From Dicyema japonicum (taxonomy: Eukaryota; Animalia; Dicyemida): DNA of 64,000 nucleotides. The DNA lies in contig RDEW01000095.1 in NCBI GenBank assembly GCA_011109175.1, forward strand, positions 1 to 64,000, read 5' to 3'. Positions 1-11,869 of the stretch are shown piece after piece. The translations under genes and the position numbers were made by a program. The notes under the pieces were generated by a model. The model saw only the letters and a list, made by a program, of their open reading frames with translations. It searched no databases and was not told the DNA's origin. Positions within the stretch are counted from its first letter, which is position 1, and every line of letters begins with the position of its first letter.

Positions 1-795
1 CTTCTCACTTATGCTGACGACCTAATCATCGCTAGCAGGAATAAATACGTGGGTACAGCAAAATCAGAGCTTCAGTCACATATTGATGACCTAGGAGCCT
101 GGTTGAAGTTGAATCGTCTCTTCATATCCAGGGATATATCAACGCATACAATCTTCACCATGGACAGAAAAGAAAAACATACACTGGATTTAAACATTTA
201 TGGAGACTCCTTACCATTACAGATTCGTCCAACTATCCTGGGAGTGACATTTGACCCTTTGATGACATTTTCTCAAAATATGAAGAACGTTATGACAAAG
301 GGTCTCAGGAAACTAAATATAATCAAACCGCTCTTAAAGTCCTGGCCGTCAAGGAATGTGCTGTCGTCTTGTTCAATCAACTTCTAAAATCGACGGTAGA
401 GTATGCTTGTGTCTCATGGGCCTATGGAGCTTCAATATCCAATTCATACAAGATCAACTCCCTAACAGGCAAACTTGCACGTCTAACAAATTTACCCGCG
501 ATTTTTTCCCCCAATGCTTAACCACGCCGCAATCGAAAATAACGGCTCCGGCTTCATCGGAAACAAGTCGTTTCATCCATTCAAGGCTAGAAACCTCAAA
601 TACACGAAATTTGGGGAAAAAACCCACCCCTCTTCAAACTCTAATGAAAGATGATCGTCGTCTATTCAGGAAAGCCGTGGGTACTCTGGAAGAACATAGG
701 AAAAACCTCTCGATCCTGTTGAGGCGTGCCGGGATCACTTAATTAGTTGGTTTACTCCTTCTTTCTTGGTGTTTTTTTTCGGGGTTATTAAATAA
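1..795 (+). mobile_element. 3' part of an I/Jockey-group non-LTR retrotransposon (RT thumb region and 3' UTR), frameshifted
   Basis: Frame 1 reads LLTYADDLII (YADD RT motif) then PTILGVTFDPLMTF; the ORF ends ...GIT* followed by TTAATTAGTTG and a GGGGTTATT(AAAT)n tail shared with other copies. Confidence 0.85.
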
Positions 796-839
796 ATAAA
801 TAATAAATTCGGGGTTAATGAATTAAATTAAATAATAGG

Positions 840-2935
840 CACCGGATAAGCGAGGTAAAACACAAGAGGGGTATCCTTCAGAGGGATAGCATGTTTCCGC
901 TGCTCTTTGTTCTCTGTTAAAAGTCATTGAGTCGCCGCCTCAATGACTGGTTTGAGCAAATACCAGTTCATTATGAGGGGGTTTGTTTCAGTACAAATCA
1001 CCTTCTTTTTATCGATGACCTGAAGATGTATGCTCGAACAGCTGAAGAGCTCTACTCCATGGGGGTCTGTGCCAGGGAATTCTTTGAGAGTATCGAACTA
1101 GATTTGAAGTATTCAAAGTCTGCGACTAACACGCAAGTATGTAGCCAGTTAGTAAGAGTCCTAGAGGAACACGAAAGATTTAAGTATCTGGGTGTTACCG
1201 AAACTCCAAAGTCCCTTATAATGCCAAGACAAAGCGACAAATTACTGAAGACATTCGTAAAAGAGCAGCGTTATTATGTAAGACGTCTCTAATGCAAGGA
1301 ATTTGTTCCTATCATTAAATGAGTATGCTGTCTTGTTCCTAAACTAATACATAGGTTTTGTGGAGTTTGAGCCCAAAGAGTATGATGAGATGAATGTTAT
1401 GATCCGTTGAGTACTCAGAGAAAACCATTTTCATGTGCTGGCAGCCAATAAGGAAAGACTATATTTACCCCGTGATAAATTCGGACGTGGACTGTGTGGA
1501 GTAGTCCAACTAAGTGAGCGCATCCTAATGCGAATGCACGACACCCTGATAGCTGGGTCAAGTGTGTCTGCTAGGAAGCACGCCATAATAACGACCGAGA
1601 AAACACGGGCAATCCACCTAGGCACTATCAGACCTTTTTTGTTGCTAAGTATGGTATTGATGATGGTGGGCTAGTAAATGTGAAGGCGTTGATCGAATTA
1701 CAATATAATATTTTGATAAAAATGATCAACTTAAAAAAGCTTCATAAGGTACTCTTCAGAGCATTGGACAATCCACATGTCGACCTTAAGTCNACGTGGA
1801 CTGTGTGGAGTAGTCCAACTAAGTGAGCGTATCTTAATCCGTATGCACGACACCCTGATAGCTGGGTCAAGTGTGTCTGCTAGGAAGCACGCCATAATAA
1901 CGACCGAGAAAACACGGGCAATCCACCTAGGCACTATCAGACCTTTTTTGTCTTCCTAAGTATGGTATTGATGATGGTGGGCTAGTAAATGTGAAGGCGT
2001 TGATCGAATTACAATATAATATTTTGATGAAAATGATCAACTTAAAAAACCTTCATAAGGTAATCTTTAGAGCATTGGACAATCCACATGTCGACCTTAA
2101 GTCGTAGACAATATGGCTAAAACACGGAGACAACTCACCTCGATCGGAGGCGTTGTACACGTATATGCAAGACCGCAATATTTTTTGAAGTCGATCAACA
2201 AATAAATGTCCCCATTGTAAGTCAAGGAGCATGTCGGTTGATCATTTATGCACTCGGAACGGATCCATGCTCTGCCACGACTATATGTGAAAACACAACG
2301 AGGTAGTAAGGAATCTTCATCTTTTACTATGCAATAAGTATGGTATTAGCCACACCAGAAAGTTGCGGACTCATAAGGTGCAATCTGTAGTAGAGAACAC
2401 CAGGGTTCAGATAAAGGTAGACAGTGTTATCCGTACCTCGGTGATAGTCTAGCACAATAAACCGGACATTGTGGTACAAGAAGGAGTCTGGCCAAGTCCT
2501 TATCATAGAGGTTATCATTACGTCTCAAAACCGTTTGCAGACTGTGGAGATGGAGAAAAAAAAGTATGACTTGCTTGCAAACGAGATGGGGCAGATGCTT
2601 GGTTGCAAGCTCCTCGTTGTTCTAATAGTAATGACGTGGGAAGGAATTGCAACAAAGTACCACAAGGGTTATCTGAAACAGTTAGGGGTAGATAGGAAGC
2701 TCCAGGCCTATCTACAGTTTACTGTATTAAAACGGACCTTAGAGAGCCTGACACTGGAGTATAGAAGGCAAAGCCCGGAGATTCCATATGAACAAAAGGT
2801 TCAATTGGACAAGGCGATCTCGGAATTGTTTCAGAAACCAGAATCGAACCTGCCTGAAGAGGCTGGCGAACAGGATGGCGAGGAAGGTTGTGATTACTAA
2901 ATTTTAACTTGTTATTGTTGGTTAAATAAAGTGGG
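840..2935 (+). mobile_element. R4/Dong-like RLE-class non-LTR retrotransposon, 5'-truncated and decayed
   Basis: RGIxQxDS, HLLFIDDLKMYA (RT), YLPRDKFGRGL, CxxC...H zinc finger near 2210-2250, RHNEVV, HNKPDIVV and IIEV..KYDLLANE restriction-like endonuclease motifs; several stops and frameshifts. Confidence 0.85.
1485..2103. repeat. ~308-bp tandem duplication joined at a single N (1793); likely overlapping contig ends or two haplotypes
   Basis: 1485-1792 recurs at 1794-2103 with a handful of substitutions; the junction is the N. Confidence 0.85.
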
Positions 2936-3127
2936 GTTAAGATAACATTTATATTATATTAAAAATATAACATTTATATTTATTTCAAAATAGAGCTGGC
3001 GAACAGGATGGCGAGGAAGGTTGTGATTACTAAATTTTAACTTGTTATTGTTGGTTAAATAAAGTGGGGTTAAGATAACATTTATATTATATTAAAAATA
3101 TAACATTTATATTTATTTCAAAATAGA
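2862..3127 (+). repeat. Apparently perfect 133-bp tandem duplication of the R4/Dong element 3' end plus flank
   Basis: GCTGGCGAACAGG...TTCAAAATAG at 2862-2994 and again at 2995-3127. Confidence 0.9.
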
Positions 3128-3130
3128 AAT

Positions 3131-3660
3131 ACCCGCGTGGCGCCATGTGGTGCTTCGTGACTAATTGGTTGAAGTTTCAGTTTTGTTCGTCTGTTCCTCC
3201 TCTTTCTTCCTATTAGAGTGGTGTCATGTGATCCACCTGTCTAGGTGGCGCCCAGTGCCAGGCCGGCACGAAAAAAGGATCATTTGCTCTCCCCCACTCC
3301 ACTGGAGGGGTTTTCACAACTGCAACCATGGACGTCTTTTACCTTTTATGTTGATTCCGGATGGAATCTGTAGAAGTGGAAACTGGATACACTTAATTAA
3401 TTGTTTACTTTAACTTATTTCTTCGTGGGAAATGTAGATTTCACGATCCTTCTCATTGAAACTATCCATAATCGAGGAGACTGCAATAAGGNCGTTTGCT
3501 CTCCCCCACTCCACTGGAGGGGTTTTCACAACTGCAACTATGGACGCCTTTTACCCTTTATGTTGATTCCGGATGGACTCTGTTTCTGTAAAAGTGGAAA
3601 CTGAATACACTTAATTAGTTGTTTACTTTAACTTCTTTCTCGGTGTATCCGGAGTTAATA
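3131..3660 (+). mobile_element. tRNA-derived SINE family B (one copy plus a partial duplicate after the N at 3492)
   Basis: A-box-like head GCGTGGCGCCATGTGG, core GATCCACCTGTCTAGGTGGCGCCCAGT, tail GGATACACTTAATTAATTG; homologous segments at 4860-5075, 9790-10110, 15340-15900, 51600-51660 and 63260-63490. Confidence 0.7.
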
Positions 3661-3689
3661 AAAAATTAACATTAATAATCTACAATCTA

Positions 3690-3880
3690 GTCGTCTGGTG
3701 CGGCCGAAGGTATTACAGCCTCTTTCCTAAAGGAAATCGGAGGGAAATTGGCCCACCGCAAGAAAGACGTGCGGGAAGCGGTCTGGGTTGAGGCAACGAA
3801 TTGGTATCGCAGTTGTCCGCGGAAACGCTTACTCCGTGATGTCAGCAGCCACTCTCTCCCATAGTTAATAAATAATATTT
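3690..3880 (+). mobile_element. 3' end fragment of a CRE-clade non-LTR element
   Basis: Translates to ...SFLKEIGGKLAHRKKD...LRQRIGIAVVRGNAYSV*, the same C-terminus as other CRE fragments in the window. Confidence 0.7.
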
Positions 3881-4059
3881 TATTGTTAATAAAATTTTCA
3901 ATAATCAACTAATAATCATTTTGTTCCAATTAAAATCGATAATATGAGGTATCTGCATGCAATAGTGGAAAGTTATGAGATACCGTAGCATTCATTACTC
4001 AATAATAAACTGTTAATAACACGTTTTTAAATTATTATTAATAATAAGCACTCCTGGAA

Positions 4060-4740
4060 AATCATTAAGTTTTCCTTGAAGGACGTTCAGTATCCTTATA
4101 CACATCCTCTTCCATGCTCTCCTATTGCTCGCTATGAATTAATCTTCGCCAATTAGCAACTTTTTTGCTTATTCCGATAGATCCTCGTTTAATACTGTAG
4201 ACATAGTAACTTTAGGCCTTCCAAGAAATGTTCTTTTGGATTGTGCAAAATAGTTTTCCATCGAGATGTTCGGTGGAGCACGTCTGTCCATTCGTAGGAT
4301 GTGACCAAATCGTTTTTAAATATTCAAAATATTCATGTAGCGTCGATGTTTTGTTAAATGGAAGAGAAGTATTAAAATTGTATTAGAAGGTGGGTACTTC
4401 ATTCAAAAACATCAAAAGATAATATTTGTTTTGAAATTCACGGTTGTCCTAGTAACTCCCAAAGTCAAGTTAACGCTAACTTGTCTACGTGTCGAGGCTT
4501 TAAACCTTCTCTGATTAGAACTCAGGACGTTCTATATCGACCTCTGTAATATCCGAAAGCAAGTGGCTTAACAGCTAGCTAGTTTTTCAACGAGTTTTGT
4601 GTGCAAACGTTCTGATTTCAATTTATATGACTTCATTTTTTAACTCTCGCAGTAAAAAACTTGGAGACCATTGGGACTAGTCCAATAACCCTGATGAATT
4701 GTTTAGAGTCGTTTATCGCGAGGAAGAAACGTAAGCAAAA
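4060..4740 (-). mobile_element. RTE-clade LINE 3' fragment
   Basis: Minus strand reads RFGHILRMDRRAPPNISMENYF..LGRPKVTMSTVLNEDL, homologous to 7164-8907. Confidence 0.7.
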
Positions 4741-4854
4741 AGTAGTTGCTTATTTGGCTTATTTCCTTGCAAATCGTAAGGAGAATGCTTCTTCAATTTG
4801 AGAGCAGCTACTCTTAATTATATTAATTAACCCCCAATACACAGAGAAAGAAAT

Positions 4855-5080
4855 TAATTGTTAGCAACTAATTAAGTGTATGAAGTTCCCACGGTCACAG
4901 AAACAGAAGGTCCTCCCAATGTCACACCAATCCATTCAGAACCTACGGAAAGGGAAGAATCTATCCAGTTGAGTGGATCAGAGCAAATGATCATTTTCCG
5001 TACCACCCTGGCACTGGACACCACTCTAGGAGAACAAGGGCTGAAAGGAACAGAAAAAAGTAAGAAAAATCTTCAACAAC
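4855..5080 (-). mobile_element. SINE family B copy
   Basis: Reverse complement aligns with 3160-3410 (AGAGTGGTGTC..CCAGTGCCAGG..GATCATTTGCTCT..ATACACTTAATTAGTTG). Confidence 0.7.
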
Positions 5081-5089
5081 TTAAAAGAT

Positions 5090-5820
5090 ATGTGGTTAAT
5101 TTTTTTCGTAAATATATTGATTTTAATAAATCATGGTGCAATACCTTGTCCAAACCTCGGGACCTTTTTGGACGACGATTCTTTGAGGATTGGAATCGGA
5201 CAAAGGCTGGGACTAGACGTTTGCCAGGAGCACCGATGCCGATGCGGGAAAACATTCGATGCAAAGGATTGCACCCGCTGTCCTGCAGAAGAAGCGCCGG
5301 AAGGGGACCACGTCATGCTGCTCTGAACGATGTGATCGTCAGAGCTCTGAAGGATACAGGCTTCCCAGCACAGCTTGAACCAGTGGGTTTTGATCGAAAA
5401 GATGGAAAGAGACCTGACGGGATGACCCCTTTCCCTTTTGTCTGGAAGATCTTTGGTCTGGGACGCAACCTGTGTAGACACGTTCTCAAGCACGAATATT
5501 TTCAAATCGGTTCAGACACCTGGAGCAGTTGCTTCGACTGCGGAGAACCTAAAAATCAAGAAATATTCTTGCCTCGGGGATCGCTACCGATTTACTCCTG
5601 TTACGACCGAATCATCGGGAGCCGTTGGCCCAATGACGGCTAGTTCTTGCGAGAACTCGGAGATTGCTTGCCAGAAAAAAAGGATTAACGAAAAGGGTTA
5701 TGGCTAAGACAAAAGATTGGAATGGCCATACTCCAAGGGAACTCGTTCGCAATCCACGCAGAAGGCTTCCTCAACTGACATTTGTTTAATTGTTAAAAAA
5801 ATTTTTTAATAAATCATTAA
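5090..5820 (+). mobile_element. CRE-clade non-LTR retrotransposon C-terminal region (CCHC finger plus RLE endonuclease), frameshifted
   Basis: [79 protein letters not shown]. Confidence 0.85.
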
Positions 5821-5857
5821 ACAAAAAAATAAAATATATGTATTATGTAGAACAATA

Positions 5858-6913
5858 TTAAGAATTCACTTTAAGTGACTCCAATCTAGTACAATGAGTC
5901 ATACTAAATTGGCTGAGTTCCTTCTTAGCTTCCCTATCACCAAAATAAGCCAAATATTCAATCCGTTTCCCTACAATAAATAATCAGTTCAACTCATTTG
6001 TATCTCTTCTCTACACAGATCAGTCAGGTGAGAAATGTAAGTTCTGATTACATCATTTTCCAACTTTGTGACATCTCCGTTGTAGTCGCTTTTAACATAA
6101 AATCTCAAATTGTGTTTGTCTGTCATATGTGGGACAGAGTAAGTTCTAATGTGAGAAATAAAACATACCTGCTGTGAGTTAGACTGAATAGAGGGTCAGA
6201 AGAGAACAAACTAGTAAGCAGAGGAATCACCACAAATATTATGACAGGGATAGCTCCCACTAATAGCTCTAAATTCCCCCGTTCTGGCTGAGGATTATTC
6301 GCCCGTCGTGGTCTATCTCTGTACACGTAATATCCCCTGTTCATTCTACCAACTTATTTGTGAGACATTAAAATACATTCATTGGCAAAGAATGCTCTGA
6401 AAATGTCCTCAGGTGATATATTCTCGTCAAATTGGGTGTTGTTGTCCTCTCCTCTGTCATAATTTGACCTGGCGGAAGTGTTTGTTAGAACCGAAAATGC
6501 ATGATTTACGGCTGAATGAATCAAAAATTTACCTTTGAAAGCATCTGAGGCTTTGGGGGATGTGTTTTTGTCTGGGTGTAGTTGAAGTGCCATCTTTTTG
6601 TAGGCACTTTTGATCTCTTCTTGTGTGGCAGACCTCCCAACTCCCAGAATATTGTAATAATCAGTTTCTCTTAAAACTCTGTCATACATAAGTGATACTC
6701 ACTTTCTTACAAGTTCATCCTCATTCTTTAATTTCTTTACCTTTTTCCTGAGTTCTACAAAAATTAAGCCAATATTACCTTCTGTTTCTTTTAAGGGTAT
6801 AATTTGTCCGATTTATTTATGAATTTTTCAGCTTGGTCATAGCAGCCTTCTTTAATGTGTTTATTGGCTATTTCAATGCATTTTATGCTCGCATCTTTAT
6901 TGGCCACACTCAT
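5858..6913 (-). CDS. DNAJB12: DnaJ homolog subfamily B member 12/14 (ER membrane J protein); 7 exons, introns of 24,24,21,24,23,23 nt; one 1-nt deletion near 6795
   Basis: N-terminal [21 protein letters not shown] domain with HPDK, TM segment and C-terminal DUF1977-like region; all six introns are GT-AG and restore the frame. Confidence 0.85.
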
Positions 6914-7163
6914 ACGTGTAACAAAGTTTAATTATTTGATTTTAAATTTATTTTTTATTAAAATATAAAAATAAAAATTCTTTTCGTCTGCGACTTGATA
7001 TTAACCACCATGATTCCTGTTTCCATAAACAAGGAAATAGTAACCACCATGATTTCTGTTCTTCTAAACGTCCGCACTATTCTTGTGTGTTCCTTAAACC
7101 ACCCGATCGTTTTTCAGAAATGCCTCTTAACTATCAATAAGATTCTTATTATACTTATTCTTA

Positions 7164-8907
7164 TTATTATTATTATTATTATAAAGCACAACGTCTTGCC
7201 ATTGGAAATGACAAAATCGGTGCAGTACCAAACATTATTCTTTTAGTTAATTTTCTCCACTTTCCACGATCCTGAGCCAAATCCCTCAAGTAGTCCAGGT
7301 CATCTCCCGTAGTTAGGGATAATCCTATTCTCTTCAGGTCTTCATTCAGTGTCGTGGCCAGTGATGCTCTCGGACGTCCTCGAACTTCACCTCCTCGGTT
7401 TGAAAGTATTCCTCCATGGCAACATTAGCTGGAGTTTCGATATTTCCCAGTAGGATGTGTCCAGATAGGCTCCAACGAAATTCCATGATGTCTAGTGAAA
7501 TCGGTTTAGAAGACGTAATAGAGTATAGTACTTGACTTCTTCTTCTCATACGGTCCCAGCACGAATGAATCTTCCGTAGTTGTCCCCGGTGGAAGGAGTT
7601 TAGTTTTTCAATGTCATTTAGGGTTAATGACCAGGAACTTGCATTATATAGGAGTATTGGTTTGACTAACGAATTGTATAGTCGAGTTCTGATCTCTCGA
7701 TTCAAGCCCTTCTTTCTTAGAAACCAATTTCTTCTCAAGTTGTATAAGGACGTATTTGCTTTAATCTTCCGTGCAATGATATCTTCTTTATCTCTAAGCA
7801 GGGATCCCAGCTTTTTAACCTTTCGCCAATGCTCTTCCAGAATAGATTCCTTCCTCATCAAAGTTGTCAGCTCTGTCTTGTCTTTGTTGATATTTAGTGA
7901 CCATTTTTCGAATACTCTTGGTGCCGTCTGAGTAATCCCAATAGGGCCTCCCATTTTGCGAGACGAAGTCCACATCATCTGCATAAGCTAGGATGCTAGT
8001 TCCCTCCACAATAAAAGGCTTGAGATCCCGTAGCGCAGACTCAAGATATGCAACAAAGAGGAGAGGAGACAATGGATCTCCTTGTGGGGTCCCAGTATTT
8101 GTCGAAAATGGCATGGCTTGAGTATTTCCGATTTTAACAGTTAGTTGTGTTTCAGCCAGTAGTGCCCTAATCATCGAAACTGACGAGGCGTCAAATAGAC
8201 CCGTGATAAATTCCAATAGTTTACAACGGTTAACTGAATCAAACGCTTTCGATATGTCAATCCCAAGGATCCCAAAAGATGTTCTAAATCTTTGAATGGT
8301 TGAACATCTCCATTTTAGGCTCCATAAGACGTCTGCCGTTGATCTCCCCTCGCGGAATCCACTATGATATGGTGAAAGATAGGCTTCCAAATTATCTCTT
8401 ACACGTTCGAGAGTGATAATAGCCAGGATCTTCCTGATAACATTCATTAGGATGATCGGTTTCAAGTTTGTTACTTTTCCTTTCGGCTTATTTGGTTTGG
8501 GAACCGGAATCAAATAACCCTCTCCAATGGGTAACAACACACGTTCTTCAAACATTTTGTTCATGATCAACGCAATGATTTCGTAGTCACCGCCGTGTTT
8601 GAATAGTTCAGGATGTAGTCCATCCGGGCCCGCACTTTTATCAGGTTTCAGCCTTTCACATGCTAATTTCACCTCATAAGGTGCAATTTTCATTCCCAGT
8701 TCACCGGATCCACAGATGAATGCCGAAATCACATTCTGAGTCGTATTTATCCCCGACCTGAAGTGATCAGTAACCAACTCGGCAATCTCAGATGGGTTCA
8801 TTATTCGTCTTCCATTTTGGTCGTATAGTATTGGGGTACTCTTCTTATTGTGACATTTAAGTAGCCTAACGGCTTGGTAGTATCCCCTGTTACCCTTTAG
8901 CCCTTCC
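7164..8907 (-). mobile_element. RTE-clade LINE, 5'-truncated, with (TAA)n tail and 11-bp target-site duplication
   Basis: RT motifs GIDISKAFDSV, PQGDPLSPLLF, YADD; one frameshift near 7980; (TTA)n at 7164-7190 on the + strand; ACTTATTCTTA at 7153-7163 and 8908-8918. Confidence 0.92.
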
Positions 8908-8945
8908 ACTTATTCTTAAGGAACTTTTAATAAAAAAAGAGTATA

Positions 8946-9245
8946 ATCCGGGTGGCGCAGTGATTGGTGGGGAAAAGGCTTTATGACCCTGGTTCGAATG
9001 CTGTACATTCCGGCTAAGGGTTCCACGCGTCTACGATATGAGTGACGCCGTCATCAATGAACATCTCACTACGGCACCAGATGTCTATAAAAAAAACTTA
9101 CACGCGACAAAAAGAAAATACAAGTGAAGAGCATTCCTCGGTTCTCCCTTTACGATTAGTTATCATAACTGTTCTTTACTTAAAAATAAAGTGCATGTCC
9201 GCCTGGGTGAAGTTATATATACTCTGCGTAAAATGAAGTATTATT
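8946..9245 (+). mobile_element. tRNA-derived SINE family A, near full length
   Basis: A box TGGCGCAGTGATTGG, B box GGTTCGAATGC, core GTGACGCCGTCATCAATGAACATCTCACT, TAT-repeat tail; relatives at 25960, 31463, 33762, 36330 and 37170. Confidence 0.8.
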
Positions 9246-9779
9246 AAGGAATTTTTGACAATTCTGTGCTTATTACGGTTGGATATTGTTATCTTACCCT
9301 TATCAACGAATTATCCGTCTCACAAAATGTGTTGAAAAATTTCAAGGAAAACCTAGATCAAGATCTTTATCAGTACTTGTCAAAAATAGTCTGCTATATC
9401 TAAAAATCAGACCTTTTATATGGAAAGTATTTGACCTCAAAAAATTGGAATGTACAATACTTTTTTCAAAAATAAACTTCGTGCATCCTATGATACCTGA
9501 GTCAATCAATTCGTCCAAGCATGCAAGAAAAGCGGATAAGAGATTTATCAATCATAAAGAGATTAAGACAATAAGCGTGCCAGAAATATGCAACAGTGCA
9601 CGAGCTCAATCTTCAGACGAATTAACCATTGAACTAAATAATATCTCGGTTCTTCATGGATCAATATTTTCTCATTTATTCAGTACAGAGACAAAAAAAT
9701 AGTCCCTGGACTTAAATAAGTTTTTTGGGCTTCTTCGGAAGTAAACCTCCCTGTTTATTAACTCAGGATACATAGAGAA

Positions 9780-10110
9780 GCTCTCAAAACCAATAAATTC
9801 TTTAAATTCCCAGGTCGCAGAAGCAGAAATCTTTCAATATCAGAGAAGCCCACGTAGAACCAATTGAAATGAAAAAACGTCCGATTTTGCAGCTGCGGGA
9901 ATTCTTTCATTGGAGTGGGTAAGAGTAAATGATTTTTTGCGCCATTTACTGGTACTGGGTGCCACCTGAAACAGGTCGATTGAATTATGTGCTCTGGTTG
10001 AAGAGAAATAACAAAGTAAAAAATCCTTGATCAAATAGCCAGTAGGGGGAATCGAACCTACAGAGTATTGCAAATGACATAGCATCTACCATTCTATCAT
10101 TAAGGGGTTG
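9780..10110 (-). mobile_element. SINE family B copy with intact B box
   Basis: Minus strand GGTTCGATTCCCCCTACTGGC followed by the family-B core ATCGACCTGTTTCAGGTGGCACCCAGT. Confidence 0.7.
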
Positions 10111-10215
10111 AAATACCCGAACGCATAATATGTCAAAAGATTAATATTATTAAAATAACATTAATTAAAAATTATTTAAAAAATAATTGTACAGTTTATT
10201 AACACGTTTTTCGTG

Positions 10216-10933
10216 ATGCAGGTTGTCATTTTAAAATTATTTTAGAAAGGTAAAAAAAAGATTGTTGCACCAAAATATTTTGCTAAGGAAACTACAAAGA
10301 CAAATCGTCACCCTCTTATAAAAGAAAGGAAGAAGAACTTTGGCATCGGACAAGACATTCAGCCTAAACGGGACCTTTCTCACTTCATTAGATGGCCCAA
10401 ATACATTGCTCATCAAAGGAAACTGTCTGTCATTAAAAAACGATTGAAAGTGCCTCCAGCAATCCATCAATTCACCCAAACTTTAAATTCTGAGCAAAGT
10501 ATCAATCTTCTTTGATTTTAGCCCGTGATCTTGTGGGTCTACTGAAGAAATACAAGAATTTAAAACAGGGTGTTAGATGCGTTACTCGACTTGTGGAAAC
10601 GAAGAGAGCCAGACTGGTGGTTATATCCCATGATGTGGATCCAATAGAATTGGTGCTGCACATGCCTAGTTTGTGTCGACGAATGGGGGTCCATACTGCA
10701 TAGTTAAGGGAAAATCTCTGTTGGGGTCGATTGTTGGGCGAAAAACGTGTACCGTAGTGGCGATCGACTCAATTCTACCAGAGACAGCTCCGACCGTGTC
10801 AAAACTCTGTGAAATATATATGCAGCAGTATAACAACAGGGGAGATGAGATTATGTCTAAATGGGGCGGAGGAGTCCTTTCTGATAAGGTTGAACGAAGG
10901 AAGCACAAGCAGGCATTAAGAGTTAATTCCTAA
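10216..10933 (+). CDS. RPL7A: 60S ribosomal protein L7a (eL8), ~223 aa; introns 10222-10245 and 10500-10522; 1-nt deletion near 10691
   Basis: [43 protein letters not shown](P)YCIVKGK, WGGGVL motifs. Confidence 0.92.
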
Positions 10934-11869
10934 TTTACGGTTATTTCTGTCCTTTAATACATTTTCTGTTTTTATTAAGTTCTGGGAGTAGCTTTAGTTA
11001 ATCTATCAATGTTTCAATTTTTTTATGTGTGATTTTTTTGACCAAGTGGCTAGTTGGTCAGAAAATTGATGTTGCGACGTAATTTCACTTAGGTCTATGG
11101 TGGATGAAAGCCATGTCTTTCGTTTTCTCGTGGTCACGCGCAAGGAAACATACTCAGGAAATTGCAAAAACAAAGTTCTGAACAAAGATAGTGTTGGATG
11201 CACATAGGATCCTGATTAGAATCTTGTCCAGTTGAAATTGAAGGAACTTAGAAGATTACCCGTCAGGAGTTAAATAAGATGATGGTTAATATGATTCTAC
11301 GTATGCTGCTAATATTATTAATGTTTTAAGTGGGAATTAAAAATTCTCTAAAAACCCAAGCCGTGACTATAATCGACGATATGCAATTTTTTGCTTAGGT
11401 ATGAATCACAACAACAACTTTATTTAAGCAGAAACTATGAGATATATTGGAGAGTCAATTAATTAGTCCTGCCTCAATGACCTGAACACTTCAGTCCCTC
11501 TTCTCCAGCCTTTTTCTCAGTTTTGATTATCGTCTAAACTGGTGGTCGGGGATCCAAACAAATCAATGAACACCGAAGTCCAACGGGGGCTGCCAGGGGT
11601 CCAACAAGCCGTTATAAACGGTATGAATCACTAGTTAACCCTTTATTATATTGTTATTGTAATATTTAAAATCATTTCCCTTTGAATTCCATGACAATAC
11701 AAGCAAATTACATTAATATCCAAAAATATATATTTTCTTCACTTATTTATTTATAGAGGATTTTTATTGAATGTTCTAATACTTAACGTAAGTTGAGCCT
11801 TTGGTATAACCGTGCTTAAGGTTTTTTCATTTTTGCAAAACATAAGTGAAGTTTAAGACGGTTAATAGA

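Noticed and set aside
1485-2103. Tandem duplication as a biological repeat
   Set aside because: It is joined exactly at a single N, as are the duplications at 3492 and 34546; this is the signature of scaffolding overlapping contigs or haplotypes
4876-5643. 255-aa ORF as a host gene
   Set aside because: It is a chance fusion of an antisense SINE with frameshifted CRE coding sequence
8946-9245. Possible snRNA or spliced-leader RNA gene family
   Set aside because: No match to U1-U6 motifs that I can recognise and no clear Sm site or donor; tRNA A/B boxes, 5' truncation, simple-repeat tail and a TSD indicate a SINE
10040-10110. Possible tRNA gene on the minus strand
   Set aside because: B box is present but the acceptor stem does not pair, and it runs straight into the SINE-B body; treated as a SINE head
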